From Deltaproteobacteria bacterium (GTDB lineage: Bacteria > Myxococcota_A > UBA9042 > DTJE01), in contig JAKPOP010000020.1 of assembly GCA_029547805.1 (NCBI GenBank), forward strand, positions 9,797 through 73,796: DNA of 64,000 bases, written 5' to 3'. The position numbers and the translations under genes were made by a program. The notes under the pieces were generated by a model that searched no databases, was not told where the DNA came from, and saw only the letters and a program-made list of their open reading frames with translations. Below are positions 8,499-17,055 of this stretch, piece by piece (position 1 is the first letter of the stretch; each line of letters opens with the position of its first letter).

Positions 8499-10476
8499 GG
8501 AACTGCGGGAGGTTCCCCCGTTCTCGACGCTGGACGACGACCTGGCACGCGCCCTGGTGGCCGAGGCCCGGGAGGTCCCGGCACCGGCGGGCACCGACGT
8601 CCTGGGCCAGGACGAGGTCCCCGACGGCCTCATGGTGGTGTTGGAAGGGGCGTTGCAATCCCTCTGGCGGGACCCCGATAGCGGTCTGGTGTTCCTGGGT
8701 GCCCGGCGGGTGGAGGGCGAGGCCGTGGGACTCCCGGAGGTGCTCCTGGGCCGGCCGTCCCGCTGGAGCCTCCGGGCGGACCGGGAGACCCTGCTGGCGC
8801 AGATCCCCGGGGAATCTCTCCAGGTCCTCTGCGCCGATGACCCCCGGATCGCGGCACTGCTCATGCGCCAGGTCGCCGAGCGCCTCCATGCCGAGGCGGT
8901 CCCGGGCCGGTCCCCGGTCGTGGACCTCTCCCGGGTGGTGCTGGACGAGCAGCTCTGGGGCCTGCTGCCCCTGGGGCAATGGCGCAAGTACCGGGCGCTG
9001 CCCCTGGCCCAGAACGGCCGGATACTGGTGGTCGGCTTCGTGGACCCTGGGGACCTCCAGGCGATCGACGACCTCTCCCGGCTGCTATCGGCCTACCAGG
9101 TCCGACCCGTGGCCCTGGACCGGGGAGAGTTCGACCGCTTCCTCCGGGCCCGGGTCGTCCCGGCCCTGGAACGCATGCGGCCCGAAGAGTCCAACCGGGA
9201 CCGGTGGTTCCAGTCGGTCTCGGGGAAGACCTTCGAGGTCTCCCTGGTGGAGGCCCTGCCCGGGCAGACCGCCGAGGAGAGAAGCCGGTCCGTGAGCGGC
9301 GAGCAGGTGGTGGCGCTGGTGAACCGGCTCATCGGAGAGGCCCTGGACCTGTCGGCCAGCGACATCCACGTGGAACCCTCCGAGCAGGAGATGACGGTCC
9401 GCTACCGGGTGGACGGACGCCTGAAGCGACGCCCCGAGTCCCTGGACATGCGCTTTCACGCGCCCCTGGTGTCCCGGCTCAAGGCCCTGGGACGCATGGA
9501 CATCGCCGAGAAGCGCCGTGCCCAGGATGGACGCCTGACCATCCAGCACGGCCGACGGACCATCGACTTCCGACTGGCCACCGTCTCGACGCGCTTCGGG
9601 GAGAAGATCGTGCTGAGGATCCTGGACCCGCAGACGATCCTGATCGACCTGGAGCGCCTGATCCCCTACGACCCGGTGTACCGGGCCATCAGCGGCATGC
9701 TGGAACAACCCCAGGGGCTGGTGATTGTCGCGGGGCCCACGGGAAGCGGCAAGACCACCACGGTCTACAGCGCCCTGCTGCGCCTCCGCCAGGACGAGAT
9801 CAACATCGTCACCATCGAGGACCCCATCGAGTACACGGTCGAGGGGGTCACCCAGGTCCAGGTGAACCACGGGGCCGGGATCACCTTTGCCACCGCGGTC
9901 CGCCACTTTCTGCGCCAGGACCCCGACGTGATCGTCGTCGGGGAGACCCGGGACTCGGAGACGGCCGGCACCACCGTCGAGGCCGCTCTGACGGGCCATC
10001 TGGTATTCACGACGCTCCACGCCAACGATGCCCTTGGAACCGTGATCCGCCTGCGGGAGATGGGGGTGGACCCGTTCCTGCTGGCCCATACCCTGATCGG
10101 GGTCGTCAGCCAGCGCCTGGTCCGGCGGTCCTGTCCGCACTGCCGGCAACCGGTGGTCTATCACCCGGACCTGATCCGCCCCCTGGGCATCTTCCCGCCG
10201 GAGGAGGGCCAGGGAGGGTTCACGTTCCTGAAGGGGTCCGGATGCGCCCTGTGCAACTACCAGGGCTACAAGGGCCGCGTGGGCGTCTTCGAGACCTTGC
10301 GGGTCGAGGACCGACTGCGCCCGTTGTTGACCGGCGCCTCCGCGATGTCCGCCGTCGAGGAGGCGGCCCGGGCCACCGGCGCCCTCTCCCCCCTTCGGGA
10401 ACACTGCCGCCACCTGCTGCTCAACGGCATCACGACCCCCGAGGAGATCGCTCGGGTCCTCTTCACGACCCGCTAG
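8488..10476 (+). CDS. GspE/PilB-family secretion ATPase. It has an N-terminal cyclic-nucleotide-binding-like domain, a T2SSE_N domain, and a Walker A/B ATPase with a C-terminal tetracysteine.
   Basis: The Walker A is GPTGSGKTT and the Walker B-like motif is VIVVGETRD. The Zn-binding motif is CPHC...CALC. The T2SSE_N-like segment is VVLDEQLWGLLPLGQWRKYRALPL...ILVVGFVDPGDL. The N-terminal roughly 120 aa have a cNMP-binding-like pattern (LMVVLEG...EGEAVGLPEVLLGRP...LRA). The ATG MTREEL overlaps the TPR gene's stop. Confidence 0.75.
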   Translation: MTREELREVPPFSTLDDDLARALVAEAREVPAPAGTDVLGQDEVPDGLMVVLEGALQSLWRDPDSGLVFLGARRVEGEAVGLPEVLLGRPSRWSLRADRETLLAQIPGESLQVLCADDPRIAALLMRQVAERLHAEAVPGRSPVVDLSRVVLDEQLWGLLPLGQWRKYRALPLAQNGRILVVGFVDPGDLQAIDDLSRLLSAYQVRPVALDRGEFDRFLRARVVPALERMRPEESNRDRWFQSVSGKTFEVSLVEALPGQTAEERSRSVSGEQVVALVNRLIGEALDLSASDIHVEPSEQEMTVRYRVDGRLKRRPESLDMRFHAPLVSRLKALGRMDIAEKRRAQDGRLTIQHGRRTIDFRLATVSTRFGEKIVLRILDPQTILIDLERLIPYDPVYRAISGMLEQPQGLVIVAGPTGSGKTTTVYSALLRLRQDEINIVTIEDPIEYTVEGVTQVQVNHGAGITFATAVRHFLRQDPDVIVVGETRDSETAGTTVEAALTGHLVFTTLHANDALGTVIRLREMGVDPFLLAHTLIGVVSQRLVRRSCPHCRQPVVYHPDLIRPLGIFPPEEGQGGFTFLKGSGCALCNYQGYKGRVGVFETLRVEDRLRPLLTGASAMSAVEEAARATGALSPLREHCRHLLLNGITTPEEIARVLFTTR

Positions 10477-11404
10477 GCGGACCCGGCGGGCGCCGCAACC
10501 AGAGGAACCACTGGTCGCAGGTGTCGGGGCCCACGGGCCGATGCCAGACCACCTCGAAGGGCCAGCGACGCAGGACCTCCAGGACCTGATGAGACGAGAG
10601 ATTGCGGCGATGCTGCCAGCCCCCCTGGGCCTCCCGATGGGACCGGCGCGCCTTGGTCCGGGAACGGACCAGCGGCAGGGGAAGCGACTCCACGATCAGC
10701 AGGTCCCCTCCCGGAACCAGGGCGTCCCAGAGGACCTGGAGGGCCCGGGGAACGTCCTCGAAGTGGTTCAGGCTTCGAAGGGCCATGGCCGCGTCGAAGG
10801 GCGGTTCCCGGCCGGGGTCGAAGGACTCGATGGTCCCGGGATGCACCGGCAGGCCGTCCTCCGAGGCCCGGTCCACCACGGCGGGGTCCGGGTCCAGTCC
10901 CAGGTACTGGAGGTCCCCGGTCCGCAGGGCCTCCGCCAGGGCCGATCGGTAGGGGACCGACCCCATGCCGACGTCCAGCAGGCGGCCGCGACGCCCCCGG
11001 ATCCAGTCCTCCAGCCACCGTTCGTCCTCGTGGAAGAAGGACACGGGGGCCGGGACATGGCAGGCGCAGCAGGTCGGAAGGTAGGGACACGCCCGACAGG
11101 CGGCGGCCAGCACCACCTGGCGGAGGTCCGACCCGAAGTCATCGACGGAGGGCTTCTGCGAGATGTCGAGGTAGAGTTGCCCGCAGTGGTGCACCACCTC
11201 GCGGATCTCCCGATCGTCGAAGTCGCCCGTATCGGTCCGGCAGAGGACCGATCGTCCCTCCAAACGGACCACCACGACCCGGCTGCTCTGGACCCGGGCC
11301 AGGCCCAGGCCCACGGCGGGGCAGTCCCGGGCATCGGGCGCGAAGCCCGGGAGTTCCCGGACCGGCACGTAGTCGAACTGGTTGCTCCGGAGGTCCTCGG
11401 CCAT
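10463..11404 (-). CDS. SAM-dependent methyltransferase (class I fold) with an N-terminal Cys-cluster domain (CRACPYLPTCCAC).
   Basis: The methyltransferase motif-I-like segment is LLDVGMGSVPY. The motif post I/II is LGLDPDPAVVDRA...ALRSLNHFEDVPRALQVLWDALVPGGDLLIVE. The gene starts 3 nt after the stop of the upstream radical-SAM gene. Confidence 0.65.
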   Translation of the reverse strand: MAEDLRSNQFDYVPVRELPGFAPDARDCPAVGLGLARVQSSRVVVVRLEGRSVLCRTDTGDFDDREIREVVHHCGQLYLDISQKPSVDDFGSDLRQVVLAAACRACPYLPTCCACHVPAPVSFFHEDERWLEDWIRGRRGRLLDVGMGSVPYRSALAEALRTGDLQYLGLDPDPAVVDRASEDGLPVHPGTIESFDPGREPPFDAAMALRSLNHFEDVPRALQVLWDALVPGGDLLIVESLPLPLVRSRTKARRSHREAQGGWQHRRNLSSHQVLEVLRRWPFEVVWHRPVGPDTCDQWFLWLRRPPGPPSGS

Positions 11405-11407
11405 CGA

Positions 11408-12331
11408 TCAGTCCTCGAAGGGGTCCACCTCGTCGTCGCCATGACGAGCCAGGTAGTCCCGGCGCACCCCTGGACAGACGTCCCGGGCCAGGCGGCATCG
11501 CTCGCATGCCGGGACATGGGCATTGGGACTGATGGCCGATTCCCAGAGGAAGAACCGGGAACCGGGCGTCACCACCAGGACCCGATCCTGGCGGAGGTCC
11601 CGGCAGAACTCCTCGTATCCCTTCAGGAAACACCGGGGGATGTGCCGGGAATAGACCGTGACGCCCAGGCGGCGGCCACGCTCGAAGGCCTCGACGATAT
11701 GGTCCCGCATCTCCCGGACCCGAGGCAGGGCGTCGGGAAAGGCGGCGGTCCGGTCCGACAGGGAGACCAGCCACAGGGCGAAGGTGTCGATGCCCCGGCC
11801 GGCCCAGTACTCCACGATGTCCCCCAGGTGCCGGTAGGTGTCGTTCTTGATGATCAGGTCCGCCACGGGGACATGGCCCAGGTCCACGAGATTCCGGACC
11901 CCTTCCTCCACGAGCCGGAGGCCGTCGGGCCGTCCCAGGATCGAGGCATAGAGGTCCGGGCAGTGGGCCATCACCGAGACGTGGAACCTGGTCACCCCGG
12001 CCTCGACGGTCCGCCGGGCGAACTCCCGGTAGGAGTAGAGCAGGCCGTTCGAAGAGACCTTCAGTTCCTCGAATCCCCGGTCCCGGGCCAGACGCGCCAG
12101 GGCCAGGAAATCCTTGCGAATCGTTGGCTCCCCTCCGCCGAAGGCCGCCTTCCGGATCCCGAGCGACCGGGCATGGGCCAGTTCCTGGATCACCTCGGCG
12201 GTGCTGAGATTGTGGCGGCGCATCTCCGGGGTGATGCTGCAGTAGTCGCACTGGACGTTGCACTCGTAGCCCAGGATCAGGTCCACCATCACGTCCGACA
12301 GGTCCTGCACCTGCCCGAGGCTCTCAGGCAT
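11408..12331 (-). CDS. Radical SAM protein with a C-terminal SPASM/twitch-like Cys cluster.
   Basis: CNVQCDYC (CxxxCxxC) lies near the N-terminus. GGGEPT is the SAM-binding motif. The C-terminal cluster is CERCRLARDVC. The start MPESLGQ overlaps the upstream gene's end by 8 nt. Confidence 0.7.
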   Translation of the reverse strand: MPESLGQVQDLSDVMVDLILGYECNVQCDYCSITPEMRRHNLSTAEVIQELAHARSLGIRKAAFGGGEPTIRKDFLALARLARDRGFEELKVSSNGLLYSYREFARRTVEAGVTRFHVSVMAHCPDLYASILGRPDGLRLVEEGVRNLVDLGHVPVADLIIKNDTYRHLGDIVEYWAGRGIDTFALWLVSLSDRTAAFPDALPRVREMRDHIVEAFERGRRLGVTVYSRHIPRCFLKGYEEFCRDLRQDRVLVVTPGSRFFLWESAISPNAHVPACERCRLARDVCPGVRRDYLARHGDDEVDPFED

Positions 12332-14621
12332 GCTGGTCCTCCTCCTCGAAGACGAAGAACCCGTCACAGGCCGGGGCATGGGGACAGACCCGACAGGGTT
12401 CCCGCCGGACCCGCCGGGAGGACAGGTACTCGAAGAGATTCACCGTCTCCTCGGTGACGAAGATCATCGACCGCCCGATCTTGCCCACGTCACCGACCAG
12501 GAAGCGCTCGTATCCCGGGAAGAGACAGAAGGGGGCGTTCACGACGAAGAGACGCATCGAGGCCCCGTGACGGTCCAGCACCTCCCGGATGGCCGCCGCA
12601 GCGCGCCCCTCCTCGGGCAGCACCTGCGCCCCGGCGGACCCGAAGGGGGTCAGCATCTGGAGGTTCACCTTGTCCACCCCCTCCTCCCGGATGCGTTCCA
12701 CCAGCGGCAACAAGCGGTCCACGTTGGCCCGGCAGACCGTCACGTTGACCCCCAGGTCCAGGGTGGATCCCCGTCCCCGGACCAGGTTCCGGAGCCCCGC
12801 CAGGGTCTCCCGGAAGGACCCGGGGCGGCCGGTGATGCCGTCGTGGACCTCGGGAACGTCCCCGTGGAGCGAGACCAGCACCGAGGTGACGCCGGCGTCC
12901 AGCAGGGCCCGGGCCACCGCCGGGTCCGCCAGGCGTCGGCCGTTCGTGGTGACGTTGATCTCCCGGTACCCGAGGTCCCGGGCCAGGCGCAGGGCCTCGA
13001 GCAGGTGGGGATGGAGGGTCGGCTCCCCGCCGTCGATGTCCAGGTGCTCGATGCCCGCCTCCCGGTGATGCCGCAGGATCTCCTGGAGTCGGGGCCAGGG
13101 GATGGGGCGTCGCACCCGGTTCGCCACCGCGCAGAACTCGCACTCGTTGATGCACTCGTAGGTGACGTTGATGATCACCTTCCGGGTGGTCGATGCCTGG
13201 ACCTTGCGCCGGAAGGCCTGGACCGCCGTCTCAAGCCATCCCTCGGGGATCGACGGCGGGCGAAACGCGGGCCGATGCTGGAACAGGGCCCCGTCGCCAG
13301 GCAGTCCCCCGTCGGCAGGCAGGAGACCCCGACGGAGGCACTCCTCGAAGAGACCCGTGCCCCGAAGCGGCGTGGCGAACTGCACCGCCGGTTCCGCGCC
13401 GAGTTCCTCGTAGTAGCGCCAGGCCAGGTCCAGGGTCGCCAGCACCGACTCGGGGGTCTCCCAGGGGAATCCCACCACGAAGTGCACCATCGTCGGCAGC
13501 CCCAGCCGGGCGGCCCCCTGGAGCACCCGCTCGACCTCTCGGAGGTCCTGGCGCTTCCCGATCAGGCCCTGGAGGTCCTCCTGGCTGGCCGACTCCGCCG
13601 AGACCGAGAGCCGGGAGACCCGTCGGGCCAGGGCGGGGAGCACGTCGTCCGGGAGGCGATCGGCCCGAAGCCCGTTGGGGAACTCCACCCGGAGGTCGGC
13701 CTGGCCGAAGACCTCCAGCACCTCCGGAAAGTCGGGCCTCAGGTTGGCCATCTCGTCCAGCACGATCAGGTTCCGGGCTCCCATGGCCCGGGCCAGCATC
13801 ACCCAGTCCCGCAGGACCGGCAACGGGACCCGCCGCTGGACCTTGCGCCCCGTCTCCCGCCACCCGGGATTGCTGGAGCAGAAGAGGCAGCGATGGGGGC
13901 ACCCCGAGGAGGTCAGCAGCGCGCGGGACCCGGCATCGATGCGAAAGGGATTCGCCCAGGTCCCATCCTCGAAACATCGCCACAGAAAGGCGCTCCAGTG
14001 TCCGCGGTCCAGGGCCTCCCAGAGCGGGAAGGGCGGCGGCACCTCCCAGTCGCCCGCCGGCATCCGGACCTCGGCCCGGGAGCCCTTGAGGTCCCGCAGG
14101 CGCCGGGGGTCATCGAAGGCGGCCTCCCCGGCCCACCGAAGAAATCCGTCCAGCACCGGGAGCGCCTCCAGCACGGACCCGTCGGGAGGGTCCACCGCGT
14201 GCATGCCCCCCACATCGGCATCGGCCAGCACCAGGGTCGCCCGGGGCCAACTCCGGCGCAGGGCATCGAGCAATCCGACGGTATCCGGATGCGGTGCCCA
14301 GGCCCGCAGGAAGGGCGAGTTTCCAACGACCACGACCGAGGGTTCCTCTGGTGGCATCGCCGCCAGGAGGTCCTCCTCCCCGACCCCGAGGCGCCAGCCC
14401 TCCCCTTCCCTGGACCGGCCGGCACCCGGCAATGCAAAGGCATCGACGACCTGGGCCCGCCATCCTGCCCGGGAGGCCCGGGCCGCGGCGAAGAGGAGTC
14501 CCAGGTCCGCAAACCACGGGTAGTCCACGAAGTCGGACGGCAGGTGCAGCGGAGGCTGGACGAACAGGATGCGATCCGGTGTCACGAGGGCCTCCGGCGG
14601 ACAGGCGGGCCGCCGAGGCAT
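12324..14621 (-). CDS. 765-aa fusion protein. It has an N-terminal B12-binding-like/Rossmann region plus a radical-SAM core, followed by a second complete radical-SAM/SPASM domain.
   Basis: There are two independent CxxxCxxC motifs, SGCPHRCLFCSS and TYECINECEFCAV. The second domain has GGEPTL and a C-terminal Cys cluster CRVCPHAPAC. Codon bias is consistent across 2.3 kb. Confidence 0.7.
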   Translation of the reverse strand: MPRRPACPPEALVTPDRILFVQPPLHLPSDFVDYPWFADLGLLFAAARASRAGWRAQVVDAFALPGAGRSREGEGWRLGVGEEDLLAAMPPEEPSVVVVGNSPFLRAWAPHPDTVGLLDALRRSWPRATLVLADADVGGMHAVDPPDGSVLEALPVLDGFLRWAGEAAFDDPRRLRDLKGSRAEVRMPAGDWEVPPPFPLWEALDRGHWSAFLWRCFEDGTWANPFRIDAGSRALLTSSGCPHRCLFCSSNPGWRETGRKVQRRVPLPVLRDWVMLARAMGARNLIVLDEMANLRPDFPEVLEVFGQADLRVEFPNGLRADRLPDDVLPALARRVSRLSVSAESASQEDLQGLIGKRQDLREVERVLQGAARLGLPTMVHFVVGFPWETPESVLATLDLAWRYYEELGAEPAVQFATPLRGTGLFEECLRRGLLPADGGLPGDGALFQHRPAFRPPSIPEGWLETAVQAFRRKVQASTTRKVIINVTYECINECEFCAVANRVRRPIPWPRLQEILRHHREAGIEHLDIDGGEPTLHPHLLEALRLARDLGYREINVTTNGRRLADPAVARALLDAGVTSVLVSLHGDVPEVHDGITGRPGSFRETLAGLRNLVRGRGSTLDLGVNVTVCRANVDRLLPLVERIREEGVDKVNLQMLTPFGSAGAQVLPEEGRAAAAIREVLDRHGASMRLFVVNAPFCLFPGYERFLVGDVGKIGRSMIFVTEETVNLFEYLSSRRVRREPCRVCPHAPACDGFFVFEEEDQHA

Positions 14622-14708
14622 TCTAGGAGAGCCCGTCCGGGTTTGTCCAACGCAGGCGGCGGGACGCGGGCATCCATGGGTCCAGGGCCCGCTCGCCAGA
14701 GAACACCC

Positions 14709-15995
14709 CTAGGGGGCTTCCAGGTAGGCCCGGGCCTCGGCAGCACCGCCGCCCTGAGGGAACCGTTCGAGATACCGGGTGAACCAGTACCGGGCATCTT
14801 CCCGGTTGCCCTTGCGGTGCCTCAGGCGCGCAATCCCGAGCATCGTCGGCCCGTAATCGGCATTCCGCCGCAGGGCCTCCCGGTAATGGCGCTCGGCACC
14901 CTCCAGGTCCTGCTGCTGCATTGCCAGGTCCCCCATCCGGCTCAGGGGTTCGACCCGGGTGGGACGCAACTGGGCCGCCCGCCGAAAATGGGCCATCGCC
15001 GCATCGGGACGGGTGGTCATGAGCCGATTGCCTGCCTCCATGTGGGCATCGTAGGTATCGGGCTCCTCGGGCGGCGACGGGTCCACCTGCCGTCCCTCCC
15101 GCGGTTCCGACCGGGAAGCCGGGCGGGTTCCAGGAGCAACCTCCGGTGCGACCTCACGCGTCGCCTCGCCCCCCGGGGGCGCCGCGTCCCCGGACGAGAC
15201 GCCGGGATCCTCGGCCGGGGGAATCCCCCGGTCCTGCCCTCCGACCGGGGCGTCCGGTCCTTCGGCAGCCGGTCCCCCGGCCAGGACCGGGTCCGTCGCG
15301 CCAGGGTCCCCCGCTCCTCCCACCAGGACCGCGTCGGGACGATCCGGGGAGGCGACGCCCTCCTCGCGTCCCAGCCGCCCGGCCCACCAGAGGGCCAGGG
15401 CACCGGCCGTCACCAGCACCGGGATCACCACCAGCAGCACCCGTTGCAACGGGAGGCTCCGGGATCCCCCTGGGTCCGAGGCCCACCACTCTCCCTCCAC
15501 GGCCTCCGCCGGGGCGGGGGCCGTTTCCCCTTGCGACCGGGTCGGCCCGTCCCCAGGGAATGCCGGACCGGAATCCGGAATCGATGCCGTCTGGACAGCC
15601 TGATCCTCCCGGGAGGGAAGCGGGGCCGTGGAGATCCGCTCCGTCGGGGCAGCGACCGGCTCCGGTGCCCGGGGACCCGGATCGAGGACCGGGGGGACCC
15701 ACTCGCCGGTCCGCCGGAGGTCCTCCGGACCCTCCGGGGGAGCCTCCGCGGGAACCCGGGCCGCCCCCCGGTCAGGGACGCCTCCGGCCGGGAACGACGG
15801 CGGCGTCGCGGGACCAGCGCGACCGGCCTGAGAGAAGTCCAGCAGGTCCGTGAGGGGATGCCAGGCCTGATCGGTCCCCAGGAACCGGTCGCTCCACTGG
15901 ATGCGGCCGCTCTCGATCCAACGCCGGGCGACCGATGCATCCTCGAAGCGCAGGAGCACCCCTTCGGAGGTCCGGATGAAGATGGGATTCCCCAT
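14709..15995 (-). CDS. Membrane-anchored protein. It has an N-terminal DUF4339/GYF-like domain, a Pro/Gly-rich linker, one transmembrane helix and C-terminal TPR repeats.
   Basis: The N-terminus is MGNPIFIRTSEGVLLRFEDASVARRWIESGRIQWSDRF. The transmembrane helix is LLVVIPVLVTAGALALWWAG. The C-terminal region has a TPR-like AxxxF/Y pattern. Confidence 0.55.
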   Translation of the reverse strand: MGNPIFIRTSEGVLLRFEDASVARRWIESGRIQWSDRFLGTDQAWHPLTDLLDFSQAGRAGPATPPSFPAGGVPDRGAARVPAEAPPEGPEDLRRTGEWVPPVLDPGPRAPEPVAAPTERISTAPLPSREDQAVQTASIPDSGPAFPGDGPTRSQGETAPAPAEAVEGEWWASDPGGSRSLPLQRVLLVVIPVLVTAGALALWWAGRLGREEGVASPDRPDAVLVGGAGDPGATDPVLAGGPAAEGPDAPVGGQDRGIPPAEDPGVSSGDAAPPGGEATREVAPEVAPGTRPASRSEPREGRQVDPSPPEEPDTYDAHMEAGNRLMTTRPDAAMAHFRRAAQLRPTRVEPLSRMGDLAMQQQDLEGAERHYREALRRNADYGPTMLGIARLRHRKGNREDARYWFTRYLERFPQGGGAAEARAYLEAP

Positions 15996-16004
15996 CGGGC
16001 CCCC

Positions 16005-16901
16005 TCACTTCGTGAAGAGCCAGAGGAAATACCCCCCCACGCCTGCCGCCCCGACGAAGAGGGCCCACAGCAGGGGTTTCAGCCACCCCCGGGAAGGGGG
16101 CTTCGAGGTATTGGCCACCTTGAAGGTGAAGCCCGTCGTGGGAGTCCGCGGCTGGGGAGAAACAGAGGACTCGGACGACGAGACGTCCGCGGCCCCATCG
16201 CCTCCCATGGCCCCCGAAACCGTGGGAATCGCCCCCGAGGAACCCCGCCCGGGCGACGTGGGAGCCCGGAAGGCCTGGGTCGGGCGACCACCGCGCTTGA
16301 TCTCCTGGAGAAAGGCATCCAGGGGCTTCCAGTCGCCTCCCGCGCGGCACACCTGATAGGGGGCCGGATTGTCCACCACCGCCGACCACGCGACCAGCAG
16401 GGCCGGGCTCGAGAACTCCAGCACCAGGCCCGTGGGAGACTTCACCATCCACTCCTGGCCGGAATCCTCGTTCGCGGACACCGCGGCCCCATCAGGGCCC
16501 TCGGGGCTGCCGGGGTCCCTCACCGCCGCGGAGGCCGGGGGCGGGGGGACCACTTCCACGGCTCCGGAGACCGACGCCCGGATCGGCGGAATGGAATCGG
16601 TGTCCCGTCGGACATGGGGCACCGGGCCGGTCCGGGGGGAGTTCCCCGACTCCCCGGAAGAACCGGGGGTCGCGCCTTTCCGGATTGCCAGCGACTGGGG
16701 CTTCCGGAAGGCCCCGCCGGTCCCCTCCGACACGCTCTCCCGGGTTCCCGAGGGGGCGCTCATCCGGGGCAGCGGCCGCCCGCCAGCAGGATGGAAGACC
16801 TGTTCCGCGCCGCAGCGCGGACACTTCAGCGGGCCTCCCGAAGCAGGCAGGGTTCCATCGGGTTCGAACTCGCCGAGGCAGTTCAGGCAAATGAGTTCCA
16901 T
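16005..16901 (-). CDS. Zinc-ribbon protein (CLNC...CPRC) with a DUF4339/GYF-like domain and a C-terminal transmembrane anchor.
   Basis: The internal start MELICLNCLGEFEPDG...KCPRCGAE gives two CxxC pairs. The later segment WMVKSPTGLVLEFSSPALLVAWSAVVDNPAPYQVCRAGGDWKPLDAF is GYF/DUF4339-like. The C-terminal hydrophobic tail is LLWALFVGAAGVGGYFLWLF. The longer 481-aa N-terminal extension is low-complexity and probably not translated. Confidence 0.45.
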   Translation of the reverse strand: MELICLNCLGEFEPDGTLPASGGPLKCPRCGAEQVFHPAGGRPLPRMSAPSGTRESVSEGTGGAFRKPQSLAIRKGATPGSSGESGNSPRTGPVPHVRRDTDSIPPIRASVSGAVEVVPPPPASAAVRDPGSPEGPDGAAVSANEDSGQEWMVKSPTGLVLEFSSPALLVAWSAVVDNPAPYQVCRAGGDWKPLDAFLQEIKRGGRPTQAFRAPTSPGRGSSGAIPTVSGAMGGDGAADVSSSESSVSPQPRTPTTGFTFKVANTSKPPSRGWLKPLLWALFVGAAGVGGYFLWLFTK

Positions 16902-17055
16902 CGTCCCATCCGTTGCCCGAGGTAACAGTAGCACCGGGACGGGGCGTTCCGCAAGGGCGAGGCCGGGGTTTTGGCACCAGACGCATTCCGATGCTACGCT
17001 GACCCGGGCCCGGGGTCCACCCGAGAGGGGCGTTCCGAGGCCAGAGGAGGAACCG

